Notes under the pieces: generated by a model
Told to the model about the DNA's origin: nothing
What the model saw: the letters and a program-made list of their open reading frames with translations, nothing else
Database searches by the model: none
Assembly: GCA_963706955.1 (NCBI GenBank)
Contig: CAVPOC010000005.1
Location: 120,477-184,476 of the forward strand
Length of the DNA stretch: 64,000 nt
Reading direction: 5' to 3'
Source: an uncultured Verrucomicrobiae bacterium
GTDB lineage: Bacteria > Verrucomicrobiota > Verrucomicrobiia > Chthoniobacterales > Terrimicrobiaceae
Part shown: one piece after another, positions 30,700 to 41,073 of the stretch
Position numbering within the stretch: the first letter of the stretch is position 1
Layout: each line of letters starts with the position of its first letter
Made by a program: the position numbers and the translations under genes

Positions 30700-31165
30700 G
30701 GAATTCGACTGGACCGAATCGTGATGGATGGAGAGAAATAAGGTTGCGCGCCGACTGGCAGCCTGTCGAGTGCGCTCTGCTAACGAGATGGACGTGCCTT
30801 GAGGACTGATGATAAAGGCGTCGACCTCATCGAACTTGTCAGGGATCGCAACATCCGAATTGATGGCGACGTAACGATCGTTCCCCGACCGGTTCGAGGC
30901 AGCGTATCGCTTAGAATTGGAGGCTTTTTTTAGCGAATGCCGCGGCAATGACTCTGTTGAAAGAGTATTCCCCACCTCCTCTCGCGCTGTCGGCGCCGGG
31001 ACGCTTGACGCTGTGCCCGATATCCAAAGCAATGCGAGGCTTGAGGTCAGAACCCGCACCGGTCGCGATAGCCAGGCAATAGAGAAGAGGGTTAATAAGC
31101 ACCCGGCAGCTCATCTCAGATGCACCCAATCCTACTGAAGGACATCTCAGCCGCAACAATGACGT
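30700..31165 (-). pseudogene. Degenerate, truncated duplicate of the amidase gene
   Basis: GSDLKPRIALDIGHSVKRPGA and SLAERTRQAAS...FLSIHHDSVQ in different frames; DNA similar to 29605-29980. Confidence 0.8.
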
Positions 31166-31251
31166 TTAGAAGCAAGCCCAGCAGCGATACGAACCGGACG
31201 CAGGCGGCGGCGATCCCGCCCGGCCCGACCATCGACTAGTCGACGCGTCAA

Positions 31252-31638
31252 TTAAGAAGCTCTCTTCTTCTTGGAATTCGACTTTGGACGTTCTCTGGCT
31301 GTCCGCTCGGCGGATTTTCCGGCGACCGCTTTCTTTGGCGAACTCCCTTGATTTTGCTTCGCCCTGGAAGCGCTTGCGGGACGATTTGGAGTAAAAGAAC
31401 CTGCCTTGGTCTTTAACTCGGCCGCAGCATCCTTTACTGATTTGACAGCCTGCGGGGATACTAGGGATTTTCCCTCGGCCGCTCTGTTGCCCATCACGGT
31501 CCCCGCGACGGCACCTAAGATTGCTCCGACTGGACCTGCAATCGCGCTTCCGACTACTGCTCCCGCAACTCCACCGGCTGTTTGCTTCGTGACCGGCAGA
31601 TTTTCATCCGGTTTTGCCTTCGACTTTTTCGTTGCCAT
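31252..31638 (-). CDS. Glycine-zipper protein with Lys-rich termini
   Basis: AGGVAGAVVGSAIAGPVGAILGAVAGTVMG plus a basic C-tail. Confidence 0.7.
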   Translation of the reverse strand: MATKKSKAKPDENLPVTKQTAGGVAGAVVGSAIAGPVGAILGAVAGTVMGNRAAEGKSLVSPQAVKSVKDAAAELKTKAGSFTPNRPASASRAKQNQGSSPKKAVAGKSAERTARERPKSNSKKKRAS

Positions 31639-32092
31639 AAAATTGATCTTTCACTCTGGTATCGTGCTAGCACCGCATAATGGTCGGCTACCGCTGAAAG
31701 TGAGAAGGCAGCCCGCTAAGTCCGGATCGCTTCGCGTCATCGGCTCCTTCAGTCGAAGGATCGCATTCGTGTGGCTTCAACTGACTATCACCATGGGAAA
31801 AATTCGTTCGGCGGGCAATACCTACCCTGCCGAAACTTGCTCAAAGGGGTGATTCCAACCCTCTTACTTCGTCCCATTCATCAAGTGTTGGCGCCAAAGA
31901 CTCCAGCGATTAGAAAAACCTCACGGCGACGCCTTGTTACCCGCAACCTTTCTAAAATCACTTAGCTCGACCGCATGCGCCGGACGCCTGATGTGCTAGA
32001 GACCAAGACCTCAAGGGCGTGCGGCAGGGGGCTCCGGCGGGGTTCGTGGAAGGTGCTTGCATACGGGTTGTTTCCCTTTTAACAATTCGTCT

Positions 32093-32584
32093 ATGAGCAC
32101 ATCGAAGGTCGAAACTAACTCGCCCGCTTCACCGCTCGGCAGTTCTCTTCTGGTCCGCGCCAACGAAGGCCAGACGTTATATGCATTCGGCGAGACCTTC
32201 GTCATTCTTGTTGACGGCAAACGAACCGGAGAGCAGTTCACGGCTTTTCTCAGTACCAGTCCGCCCGGCGGCGGGCCGGGTCCGCATTACCATGAACACG
32301 AAGATGAATGGTTCTATATCGTAGAAGGACAGGTGAGTTTTCTTCTAAACGGTAGCTGGACCGAACTGTGCCCGGGCGATTGCGTTTACTCCCCCCGCGG
32401 CTCGGTGCACGCTTTCAAGAATAACACCGATCAACTTATTCGCGTGTTGACCACTGCCTCCCCCTCGGGAATTGAACATTTCTTTGCCGAAGCAGCCGAG
32501 GAATGGGCGAAACCTGAGCGCGACATGAACCGCATAATAGGGCTTGCGGAGAAATACGGACATCATCATCTCGTAAACCCATGA
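32093..32584 (+). CDS. Cupin-domain protein
   Basis: GPHYHEHEDEWFYIVEG and PGDCVYSPRGSVHAF. Confidence 0.88.
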   Translation: MSTSKVETNSPASPLGSSLLVRANEGQTLYAFGETFVILVDGKRTGEQFTAFLSTSPPGGGPGPHYHEHEDEWFYIVEGQVSFLLNGSWTELCPGDCVYSPRGSVHAFKNNTDQLIRVLTTASPSGIEHFFAEAAEEWAKPERDMNRIIGLAEKYGHHHLVNP

Positions 32585-32917
32585 GAGCTATAAGCGGTTG
32601 TTGAGCGCGCGAAAGTCACGACTCGATCGTGACTTGCGCTGCGTAGGGACTATCCCGCCAAAGGCGGGGCTAAAAACGGCCGTGTTTTCCCTCTCCGCCT
32701 TGATCAGGATGGTTTCGCGCGCGCCGTCGGGAGCGAGGACGAAATTTGTCGGTGGGCGAGATTATCGGCCGCCACTTTGCTGATGCACGGCCCGCAAGCC
32801 TTCGGAATGTGACGCCAATGTAACATTCGACGCCGCCAAATGCCTTGTAAGGGGGCGACGCGCTGGAGATGCTTGCACAACATCATTCCCAAAAGTTTCA
32901 AGATCGGGAAATCACAT

Positions 32918-34582
32918 ATGAAAGTCAGAGTTTATCATAACGGCGACGACGTTTTCATTGCCTGGAAACCGGATGGGTTCATCCCGTTTTGCCGCGGATT
33001 CGCTTTGCTTCGGAGGCGCAACGGCCTTGAGGAAGTCGTGAGCACCTGGGTTGGGTTCGAGGACGACGAGCACGAGGAGGGCGAGCGCCGCGCCTCGATC
33101 AACTGGCCGATCCAGAAATACCAGTGGACCGATTACATGGCGAATCCAGGCGACAAGGTTCAATACCGCGTGCTGCCAATGGTTGGGCCGGACAAGAGGA
33201 GCCTGCGGGCTGACGCCAGCACGGCGAGCGAGTGGACCCCGGAGATCATCCTGACGCACGTGGTCACGCCGAAGATCGAGGCGTATTTCAACCGCGGCAT
33301 CGTGGCCGCTCAGTGGGTCTCGCGCCGCCTGGGCATTACCGAGCAGGACTCGAAGGCGGCGAAGCTGCGGAAGGTTATCGAGACGCCGGACGATCCGTTT
33401 CGCAACTACCTGACCGGTCCGCTGGGCGCGCGGCTGTTCGCCCTGCTCGATGACGTGGCCAAGGAGAACCGGGAAATCTTTGCGGTGCTCTACGAATTGG
33501 ACGACGAGCAATTGGAAGCGGCGCTCGAGAAGATCGGCCGGCGTGCGCATGTCGTCCTCGCCAATGGCAGTGTAAAGAAGAAGGGAGAAGACCAGAACAG
33601 CGAGGCGCGGGATCGGCTGCGCGAGAAGATCGATCTGCATGACCGGATGGTTTCGCCGCGCGCTCTCGGACACAACAAGTTCCTGGTCATTTGCGATGAG
33701 GACGGGAAGCCGCGCTGGGTGTGGACGGGAAGCCAGAACTGGACGAAGACGGGGCTTTGCACGCAGGCGAACAATTCCCTGCTGATCGACGATCCTCAAC
33801 TCGCCGCCGAATACAGGTCGCAGTGGACCTTATTGAAGGAGGCCGCCAACGCGACGCCGGACGATTTGAAGACGAGCAATAGTCAGCCGCGCGACGAGAA
33901 GGTGAGCCGGACGCCGGTGCGGTTGTGGTTTACGCCTACGACCGGGCAGGTCGATTTGAAGGAGGCGCGCGGGATCATCACCGGAGCGAAGCAGGCCATC
34001 CTGTTCCTGATGTTCAATCCGGGGCCCAAGGACACGCTTCTCAACGAAATCATCAAGGCGGCTCGCGCTGGCAGCGCGGGAAAACGGCTCTACATCCACG
34101 GGGCGATCAACCAGGATCCGAGCACCTCGGCGAATCCGGTGGAGTTGTTCGAGCACGCCAACTCGGAGAAAGCGGATTTCGAGGTCGTGCTTCCGGCAGC
34201 TATCGACGAGATAACGACCTTCTGGCAAAAAGAGTTGAGAAAATTGCCGGGGACCTTTGCGATGGTCCACAGCAAGGTCGTGCTAATTGATCCGTTCAGC
34301 GAGAACCCGGTGCTCCTCACCGGCTCTCACAACCTCGGACCAAAGGCGAGTGGCATCAATGACGAGAATTTCCTAATCATTCGGGACGCTCCCGGACTGG
34401 CGGCGGCCTACGCGACGAACATCATGGCGATCTACAACCAGTATCGCTGGCGCTTCCGCCGACAGGTTCAGCCGAAGAGCAAACGGTGGAAAGGGTTGAA
34501 GGACGACGACGCCTGGCAGAAAAGCTACCTCAAGGCCGGAAGCGAGGCGCTCCGAGAGATCGACTTTTGGGTAGGTGAATAG
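32918..34582 (+). CDS. Phospholipase D-like protein (two HKD motifs)
   Basis: HNKFLVICD...WTGSQNWT and HSKVVLID...TGSHNLG. Confidence 0.9.
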   Translation: MKVRVYHNGDDVFIAWKPDGFIPFCRGFALLRRRNGLEEVVSTWVGFEDDEHEEGERRASINWPIQKYQWTDYMANPGDKVQYRVLPMVGPDKRSLRADASTASEWTPEIILTHVVTPKIEAYFNRGIVAAQWVSRRLGITEQDSKAAKLRKVIETPDDPFRNYLTGPLGARLFALLDDVAKENREIFAVLYELDDEQLEAALEKIGRRAHVVLANGSVKKKGEDQNSEARDRLREKIDLHDRMVSPRALGHNKFLVICDEDGKPRWVWTGSQNWTKTGLCTQANNSLLIDDPQLAAEYRSQWTLLKEAANATPDDLKTSNSQPRDEKVSRTPVRLWFTPTTGQVDLKEARGIITGAKQAILFLMFNPGPKDTLLNEIIKAARAGSAGKRLYIHGAINQDPSTSANPVELFEHANSEKADFEVVLPAAIDEITTFWQKELRKLPGTFAMVHSKVVLIDPFSENPVLLTGSHNLGPKASGINDENFLIIRDAPGLAAAYATNIMAIYNQYRWRFRRQVQPKSKRWKGLKDDDAWQKSYLKAGSEALREIDFWVGE

Positions 34583-35074
34583 CCGGGCTGCTTGGCCGAT
34601 TCAGATCGGGTTGCTGCTTATCGATCATCGGTTCAACGTCAGGATGCTCCCCCCACCGTGCCACTCGCCGGTTGAAGGCCACTCATCTCATAGTGATAGA
34701 GATTGCGGCTGGAACGCTTCCGAGAAGCAGGCGATCAGGTTTTCCTATCGCGCGGCGTTCGCGATTCTCTAGCCAGTCTCGCGGCAATATCTGTTAAGAT
34801 GGGGACAGCCTCGCAGGCTTCGAATTCGTCGCTACCAAGCGGGCCTCCACCAAATGGTTTTGCCCGGTAGAGCGCTAACGCGCAGGTGGTCGAAGCGGAG
34901 GTTCCAGAAACATCCGTGTTTGACTTCCGGGCTTGCTTTGTCACTCTGCGCTCATGGAAACGCACGCTTTCGGCTTCAGACTTCGGGCCAACGCCCCGGA
35001 GGGCCAAAAGCGATTTCCTATCAGTCCACCGTGAATCTGAAGGTGCGGTTGGTCTTGCGGAGCGGACTAACCCG

Positions 35075-36031
35075 ATGATGGAACACATCGCCGTCGTCGG
35101 CGCCGGATACATGGGTGGCGGAATCGCCCAGGTCTTCGCGATGGCGGGCATGGATGTGGTGATCGCGGACGCCGATCCCACCCTCGCAGCGCGCCATCTT
35201 GATCGACTTCGCCAAGAGGCCGAGGATTTCGAGAATCGAGGGCTGTTCGAGCCGGGCTCGGCGGAACTGGTGCGAAAGAACCTCCGCGCTGCCGATAGCG
35301 TTGCCGAGGCGGTCGCCGAAGCAGATCTCATCGAGGAGGCGGTATTCGAACGGCCTGAAGTCAAGGGCCCAGTCCTGCGCAGTATCGAGTCTGCGGCTCG
35401 CCCGGAAGCAGTGATCGGCAGCAACACCTCGACCCTGCCGATTGGTGATCTTGCTGCCGACTTGGTGCACCCGGAGCGCTTCCTCGGCATCCACTTTTCC
35501 AACCCCGCGCCGTTTATCCCGGGGGTAGAACTGATTGCGCACTCCGGAACCGACGAGGCCGTCATCGAAGCGGTCGAAGCTCTCGTGCCTGTTACGGGCA
35601 AGCTAACCGCTCGCGTTGGAGACAAGGCCGGCTTTGTGCTCAACCGGCTGCAGTACGTGCTGCTCAAGGAAGCGATCAACCTAGTCGAGGAGGGCGTGGC
35701 CACGCGAGAGGACGTGGACATTATCGTCCGCACCACCTTCGGTTACCGGTTGCCCTTCTTTGGGCCTTTTGCCATCGCCGACATGGCCGGCCTGGACACT
35801 TACCGCGACGGCTTCCGCACCTTGCAACAGCACTACGGCGAGCGGTTGGCTGCGCCCAAGATGCTCATCGAACTGGTCTCGGCTGGCCATTACGGGGTCA
35901 AGCAAGGCGGCGGGTTCGTCACCGCAGCTGGCGACCAAGCACCGCTGGTCGCCTATCGCAACACCGCCTATGCCCGACTAGGGCAACTTCTCAAGGAACT
36001 CGGTCCGGCCCCGAAGGCAGGCGATGAATGA
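35075..36031 (+). CDS. 3-hydroxyacyl-CoA dehydrogenase family protein
   Basis: VVGAGYMGGGIA, EAVFE, SNTST, GIHFSNP and GFVLNRLQ. Confidence 0.9.
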   Translation: MMEHIAVVGAGYMGGGIAQVFAMAGMDVVIADADPTLAARHLDRLRQEAEDFENRGLFEPGSAELVRKNLRAADSVAEAVAEADLIEEAVFERPEVKGPVLRSIESAARPEAVIGSNTSTLPIGDLAADLVHPERFLGIHFSNPAPFIPGVELIAHSGTDEAVIEAVEALVPVTGKLTARVGDKAGFVLNRLQYVLLKEAINLVEEGVATREDVDIIVRTTFGYRLPFFGPFAIADMAGLDTYRDGFRTLQQHYGERLAAPKMLIELVSAGHYGVKQGGGFVTAAGDQAPLVAYRNTAYARLGQLLKELGPAPKAGDE

Positions 36032-36966
36032 TCAGTTCTCCTTACACCGCTGAGAACTGGCCGATCGCCGCCTCCATGCTGTCCTTTGGAAACAAGGATT
36101 CCCACGGTGGCGCGATTCACGACGCCGAACCTGAGGAATGGGCCAAGCAGCTGCGGCTCGTGCGGCGCATCGGCTTCACCGAAGTCGACCCCACTGATAC
36201 CTGGGTCCGGGTTGGCGATCTCAGTCCGGAGCGGCTCGCCGACTTCAAGAGCGTGCTCAGCGATGTCGGCCTGACGATACCCGCTATCTCGAGCGCACGT
36301 CGCAGCGTGATGGATCGCGAACACGGCGAGGAGTACCTCGCCTACAGTCACCGGCTGCTCGATGTGGCGGCGGAGCTCGGCGTTCCGCTGGTCAACTTTG
36401 GCTTCTTCCAGGCGCTGACGGCTGAACAACAGCGCGTATTATGGTTCTGGCTGGCCGACGGCTGGCACGACGACGAGGCGCCGGAGGTGCGAAGTCGGGC
36501 CGCTTTGTTGATCCGCGAGCTGGCGGAGCACGCAGCGAAAAATGGCCAGCAGATCACTCTCGAAGTCTATGAGGACACCTACGTCGGGACTTGCGATGGG
36601 GCTGTGAAGTTCCTCAAGGAAGTTGGACACGACGCCTGCGGCTTGAACCCCGATATCGCCAATCTTATCCGTCTGCATCGTCCGATCGAGCCGGTGCAAG
36701 ACATGCTCGACAAGGTCCTGCCGTACGCCAGGTACTGGCACGTGAAAAACTACCTGCGCGACGAGGACCCGACGACCGGCCAGGTGATGAGCTTCCCAGT
36801 GCCGATGGAGTTTGGCTTGATCAACTACCGTGCCGCCATAAGCCAGGCCCTCGAGCTCGGCTACCGCGGTGCCTTCATGTGCGAGCACTACGGCAGCGAT
36901 GCGATCACTGTGATCGGCAAGAACCGCGCTTATATCCGGGACATCCTCGCCACCTTGATCGACTGA
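36028..36966 (+). CDS. Sugar phosphate isomerase/epimerase (AP endonuclease 2 TIM barrel)
   Basis: LEVYEDTY, GLNPDIAN, WHVKNY and MCEHYG; ATGA overlap with the upstream gene. Confidence 0.85.
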   Translation: MISSPYTAENWPIAASMLSFGNKDSHGGAIHDAEPEEWAKQLRLVRRIGFTEVDPTDTWVRVGDLSPERLADFKSVLSDVGLTIPAISSARRSVMDREHGEEYLAYSHRLLDVAAELGVPLVNFGFFQALTAEQQRVLWFWLADGWHDDEAPEVRSRAALLIRELAEHAAKNGQQITLEVYEDTYVGTCDGAVKFLKEVGHDACGLNPDIANLIRLHRPIEPVQDMLDKVLPYARYWHVKNYLRDEDPTTGQVMSFPVPMEFGLINYRAAISQALELGYRGAFMCEHYGSDAITVIGKNRAYIRDILATLID

Positions 36967-37025
36967 GCGAAGGAGCGAAGATCGTCGCGGTCATCTAGGC
37001 CCGCCGGACCACTGGAACTTAGCTC

Positions 37026-38060
37026 TCACTGGCCGAGTTCGTCCTCGAGGTGGACTCGGATGATCTCATCGAATGAGGTTTCGGCGGTGAAGCCGAGCGC
37101 GCGGGCCCGGGTCGCTGCCAGGGCGGGCGCCCAGCCGGACACCATGCGCATGATCGTCTCGTCCGGCTCGCGGCGGATCAGCGCCACCGCCGAATCACCT
37201 GCGACGCGACGCAGCGCCTCGATCTGCTCCCCGACGGTCGCGCTGACCCCCGGCATCGACAGGGTCCGGTCCGGCCCGATCAAGGCGGAGTCGATCGTCG
37301 CCGCCTGGATCAGGAAGCCGACCGCCGAGCGCGGCGAGGCGTGCCAGTGCCGGACGGACTCGGGCACCGGCAACACCGCCTCCTGACCGACCAGCGGCTC
37401 GCGCAGGATGCTGGAGAAGAACCCGGATGCCGCTGCGTTTGGCTTGCCAGGACGGATGCAGATGGTCGGCAGCCGGATGCCAACCCCATCGACGAACCCA
37501 CGCCGGGTGAAGTCCGCCAGCAGCAACTCGTCGATCGCCTTCTGAGTCCCGTAGCTCGTCCGGGGCGTCGCCGGAAATTCGTCCGGGATGAGATCGGGCA
37601 ACGGAGCGCCGTACACCGCGATCGAGGACGCGAACACCAGCCGCGGCAGATAGCCGTCCACGAGATGAGTGCGACGGATCGCTTCCAGCAGGTGGCGGGT
37701 GCCGTCGAGATTGACCCGATAACCCTTGTCGAAGTCGGCTTCCGCCTCGCCGGAGACGACCGCGGCTAGGTGGAGGATCACCTCCGGCCGGCGAGCCACC
37801 ACAGCGTCGCCCGCCCCCGGTCCCGCCAGGTCGAGCACGGCGCGGTCGAGCACGCCCGTCCAGGCCTCAGGTGTCGCAGGCTCCACGACGTCGAATAGGC
37901 TGAGCCGGTCCAGGGCGACCCCGCCGAGGTGGCCATCGGCAACGAGCCGATCGGTCAGCTTGCGGCCGATCATCCCAGCCGCGCCGGTCACTGCGACATG
38001 CACTCCGATCCTTCTCTCGTCTTTAGGCGGAGTTTGAGAGTGCGCGGTTTGATTGTTCAT
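37026..38060 (-). CDS. denD: D-erythronate dehydrogenase-like NAD-dependent epimerase/dehydratase
   Basis: VTGAAGMIG, HLAAVVSGEAEADFDKGYRVNLDGT, SYGTQKA and RPGKPNAAASGFFSSILREPL. Confidence 0.8.
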   Translation of the reverse strand: MNNQTAHSQTPPKDERRIGVHVAVTGAAGMIGRKLTDRLVADGHLGGVALDRLSLFDVVEPATPEAWTGVLDRAVLDLAGPGAGDAVVARRPEVILHLAAVVSGEAEADFDKGYRVNLDGTRHLLEAIRRTHLVDGYLPRLVFASSIAVYGAPLPDLIPDEFPATPRTSYGTQKAIDELLLADFTRRGFVDGVGIRLPTICIRPGKPNAAASGFFSSILREPLVGQEAVLPVPESVRHWHASPRSAVGFLIQAATIDSALIGPDRTLSMPGVSATVGEQIEALRRVAGDSAVALIRREPDETIMRMVSGWAPALAATRARALGFTAETSFDEIIRVHLEDELGQ

Positions 38061-38519
38061 AAGCATCACCCATTAGATTGGGAGGTTCCATCTCGTAAGC
38101 TCTCTGCTGGCATCCTTGAAGGCGTCTGCTGCCTTTCAGTGCTATCCAGACCGAGGAGAAGCTGTATTAGATAGAATCCAAATACTTTACGCCGAGGAGA
38201 CCATAATCTTCCCGAGTAGCTCTAGTCGAACAGCTTCAGCCGAAGGAATAGCGATAGAACACGCGCCGGCGCGGGGCCGAAAAGCATAGAATTTGGCTGC
38301 CAAGCCTTAAGTCCCGATCTGTTCGGCGCGTTCGGTGCTTCGACTTGGAGGGTTAGTGATGTGACCGCTCCTAACCACTGACAAAGCGATCAATCGAGGT
38401 TTCACGATGGAGTTACCTCTTAAGGCTCCCTAAACAAATCGACGATCAAGGTTGGTTGATGTTGTTCGACGGTGCCCAATTTCTACGCTCCTCGGAGTCA
38501 CTGACCCAGAGCGCCGCGT

Positions 38520-39348
38520 TCAAGGGAGCCGAAACGTGAGTTCGATCGCCGTGTGATCGGAACCATTGCCGGGGATCGCCCGGGCGCGAACTTCACGAAG
38601 GCCGCGCACGAACACATGATCGAGAACAAATCCATCGGGCCACTTCGTCAAATGGTGGGACTCGGCCACATCCACGTGCGCCAGCCCGAGCCGGGCAGTC
38701 TCGGCAAACAAAAGGTCCGTCTTCTTCACGGTCATGGGTGTTGAAATCACCCGCCCATACGACTGGCCCGCGATGGCGTGCGATTTCTTCGCCGACCGCA
38801 GCCAACTGGCGCCTGAACGGTTCTAGATCGAACGTGAATTTGCCCGCGAGGTTCAGCCCATGCGTGTTGGCTACAAGCAGTTCATCGCCGCTGGCGGCAA
38901 TGCGATAGACGGTGACGATGCTGCTCTTTGGAGTGCCAACGATGGGCTCGCTATTGCTCGTCAGCATGACCTTCGATCGAACTGGGTTGGCAGTCGCGCC
39001 GGTCGCGCAGCCGGCAAAGCCGTCACCATAGCGGATCGCGTGCGCCATGACGTAGTGGTGACCGCTGATCGCGGTGACGGTCCCTTGTGGGCCACGCCCA
39101 GCCCCATGAGTCGACATTTCCTGCAGGACAATGACGTCAGCGTTTCGAGTCAACCGTGCGAATTCGCTACCGAAGCGCGTCCGTGTGCCTTTGTAGACGT
39201 TCCAATCCAGAAATCGCACGCTGCGCGAGAGTGAAGTCTTCGTGGCTGTACCGAACGTGCTCGAAATCGGCTGGCTGGACTTGATCGGACTCGCGCAAGC
39301 GGCCAGACCAATTGCACAAAGAAGAGAAAGAAACGTCCGCAAAATCAT
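38520..39348 (-). CDS. Endonuclease/exonuclease/phosphatase (EEP) family lipoprotein; frameshift near 38735
   Basis: LAAC lipobox, WNVYKG, LQE, NTHG and AGDFNT; LDHVFVRG and SDH in the next frame. Confidence 0.82.
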
Positions 39349-39870
39349 AGTGCCCCCGCGAGATTGAACGGCCGGGTGGTGCAGTAAGCGGAAGGACACG
39401 CGGAGAGACCCTTTGCCGACTACTACACTACTGACAAGGCGAATGGCGATTGTGAAGACCCGCAGCCATAGGGATCGTCCCCACCTAAGCGGGGCTCCAC
39501 GAAATTCGCTGCGCCTGGCTATGGCGCTAACGCGCGGGTGGTGTATTTGGCTTTGATCGTTTCTACGCGATCCGCAGGCGTACGCGGATCGCGGGCGGGA
39601 TGTCCGTTTGGTTGCCCTTCGTGTAGAGCATGAAAAGGACGAAACGTCGCGTGTCCGACAACCAGAGGCAGATCACCCGTGCACCCGAACTTTTGCCGCG
39701 CCCTGGCAATTTCACTCGCGCCTTGCGCAATCCTCCCGAATGCCGAATGAAGTCGCCACTCTCGGGATTCGCTGAAAGTTCGGCTTGCGCTGGGCAAACT
39801 TCGGATAACTTGACTTGGCTCCGTCACGTCCTCAGTGGTGGCGGGGTGGCTTGCAGTATTAGATTGAGGT

Positions 39871-41073
39871 ATGGACCTTCCTGTGAACCCGCCAATTTTG
39901 CCGATGCTCGCCAAGCCAATCGGCGAACTGCCGGTAGGCGGAACATGGATCTTCGAACCGAAATGGGATGGATTTCGTGCGCTGGTGTTTCGCGACAGGG
40001 ACGAGATCCTGATCCAGAGCCGCGATGGAAAATCGCTCAACCGCTATTTTCCGGAACTACTCGAGCCGCTCCGCTCTCAGTTGCCCGATCGCTGCGTGCT
40101 CGATGGCGAAATCGTTGTCGCAAAGAATGGTGCGCTTGACTTCGATGCCCTGCAGTTGCGCATTCATCCCGCTGCGTCGCGGGTAAAGCTACTTTCACAG
40201 GAAATTCCGGCATCGATCGTATTATTCGATCTCCTCTCGGAGGGAGACCAGGATCTGCGGGACACGGCGTTCAGCGAGCGCCGCCGAAGGCTGGAATCGC
40301 TGCTTTTATCTGCAGCGCCGCCAATACACCTGACGCCCGCCACCAGCGAATCAAGCGTAGCGACGGATTGGTTTCGTCGCTTCGAGGGAGCCGGTCTCGA
40401 CGGCGTCATCGCTAAACCGGTTTCGGGAATCTACGAATCTAACAAGCGCGTGATGCTCAAGGTCAAGCACGAGCGCGATTGCGATTGTGTCGTTGCCGGC
40501 TTTCGCTGGCACAAGAAGGGTGGGCGCACGGCTATCGGCTCACTCCTGCTCGGCCTCTACGACGACTCCAGTGCGCTGCAACATGTCGGCGTCTGCGCGA
40601 GCTTCACGGAACAGAAGCGACGCGAGCTTGTGGAATTCCTCGCGCCATACCGCAAGAATGCCCTCGCCGCTCACCCATGGAAAGATTGGGCCGAGCATGG
40701 AGTCGCGAATGAAGCTGAGCATCGCATGCCTGGCGGCCAAAGCCGCTGGAGCCATGGCAAGGACCTGTCCTGGGAACCGCTACGTCCTGAGCTGATCGTC
40801 CAAGTCGCTTACGACCACATGCAGGGCAGCCGCTTCCGTCACGTAGCGCAGTTTCGAAGGTGGCGTCCGGACAAGAAGCCGAGCGAGTGCACCTATGCCC
40901 AACTCGAAGTTGTCCCGCCGCAGGAGCTGGCGGAGATCTTCGGTAGCGGCCGCGTCAATTCGCTATCTCTGATCCTGCTTCGAAGCGCGCCAGTTACGCC
41001 ATTCACGAGTGGGATCGTCATCAGGGTCGGGAGTTTCCTGCGATGGCCGCAGGGCTTCCGGCACGTTCCGTAG
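39871..41073 (+). CDS. ligC: ATP-dependent DNA ligase (LigC-like)
   Basis: PMLAK, FEPKWDGFR, LDGEIV, DGVIAK, MLKVKH, GSLLLGLY and RFRH...RWRPDK. Confidence 0.88.
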   Translation: MDLPVNPPILPMLAKPIGELPVGGTWIFEPKWDGFRALVFRDRDEILIQSRDGKSLNRYFPELLEPLRSQLPDRCVLDGEIVVAKNGALDFDALQLRIHPAASRVKLLSQEIPASIVLFDLLSEGDQDLRDTAFSERRRRLESLLLSAAPPIHLTPATSESSVATDWFRRFEGAGLDGVIAKPVSGIYESNKRVMLKVKHERDCDCVVAGFRWHKKGGRTAIGSLLLGLYDDSSALQHVGVCASFTEQKRRELVEFLAPYRKNALAAHPWKDWAEHGVANEAEHRMPGGQSRWSHGKDLSWEPLRPELIVQVAYDHMQGSRFRHVAQFRRWRPDKKPSECTYAQLEVVPPQELAEIFGSGRVNSLSLILLRSAPVTPFTSGIVIRVGSFLRWPQGFRHVP

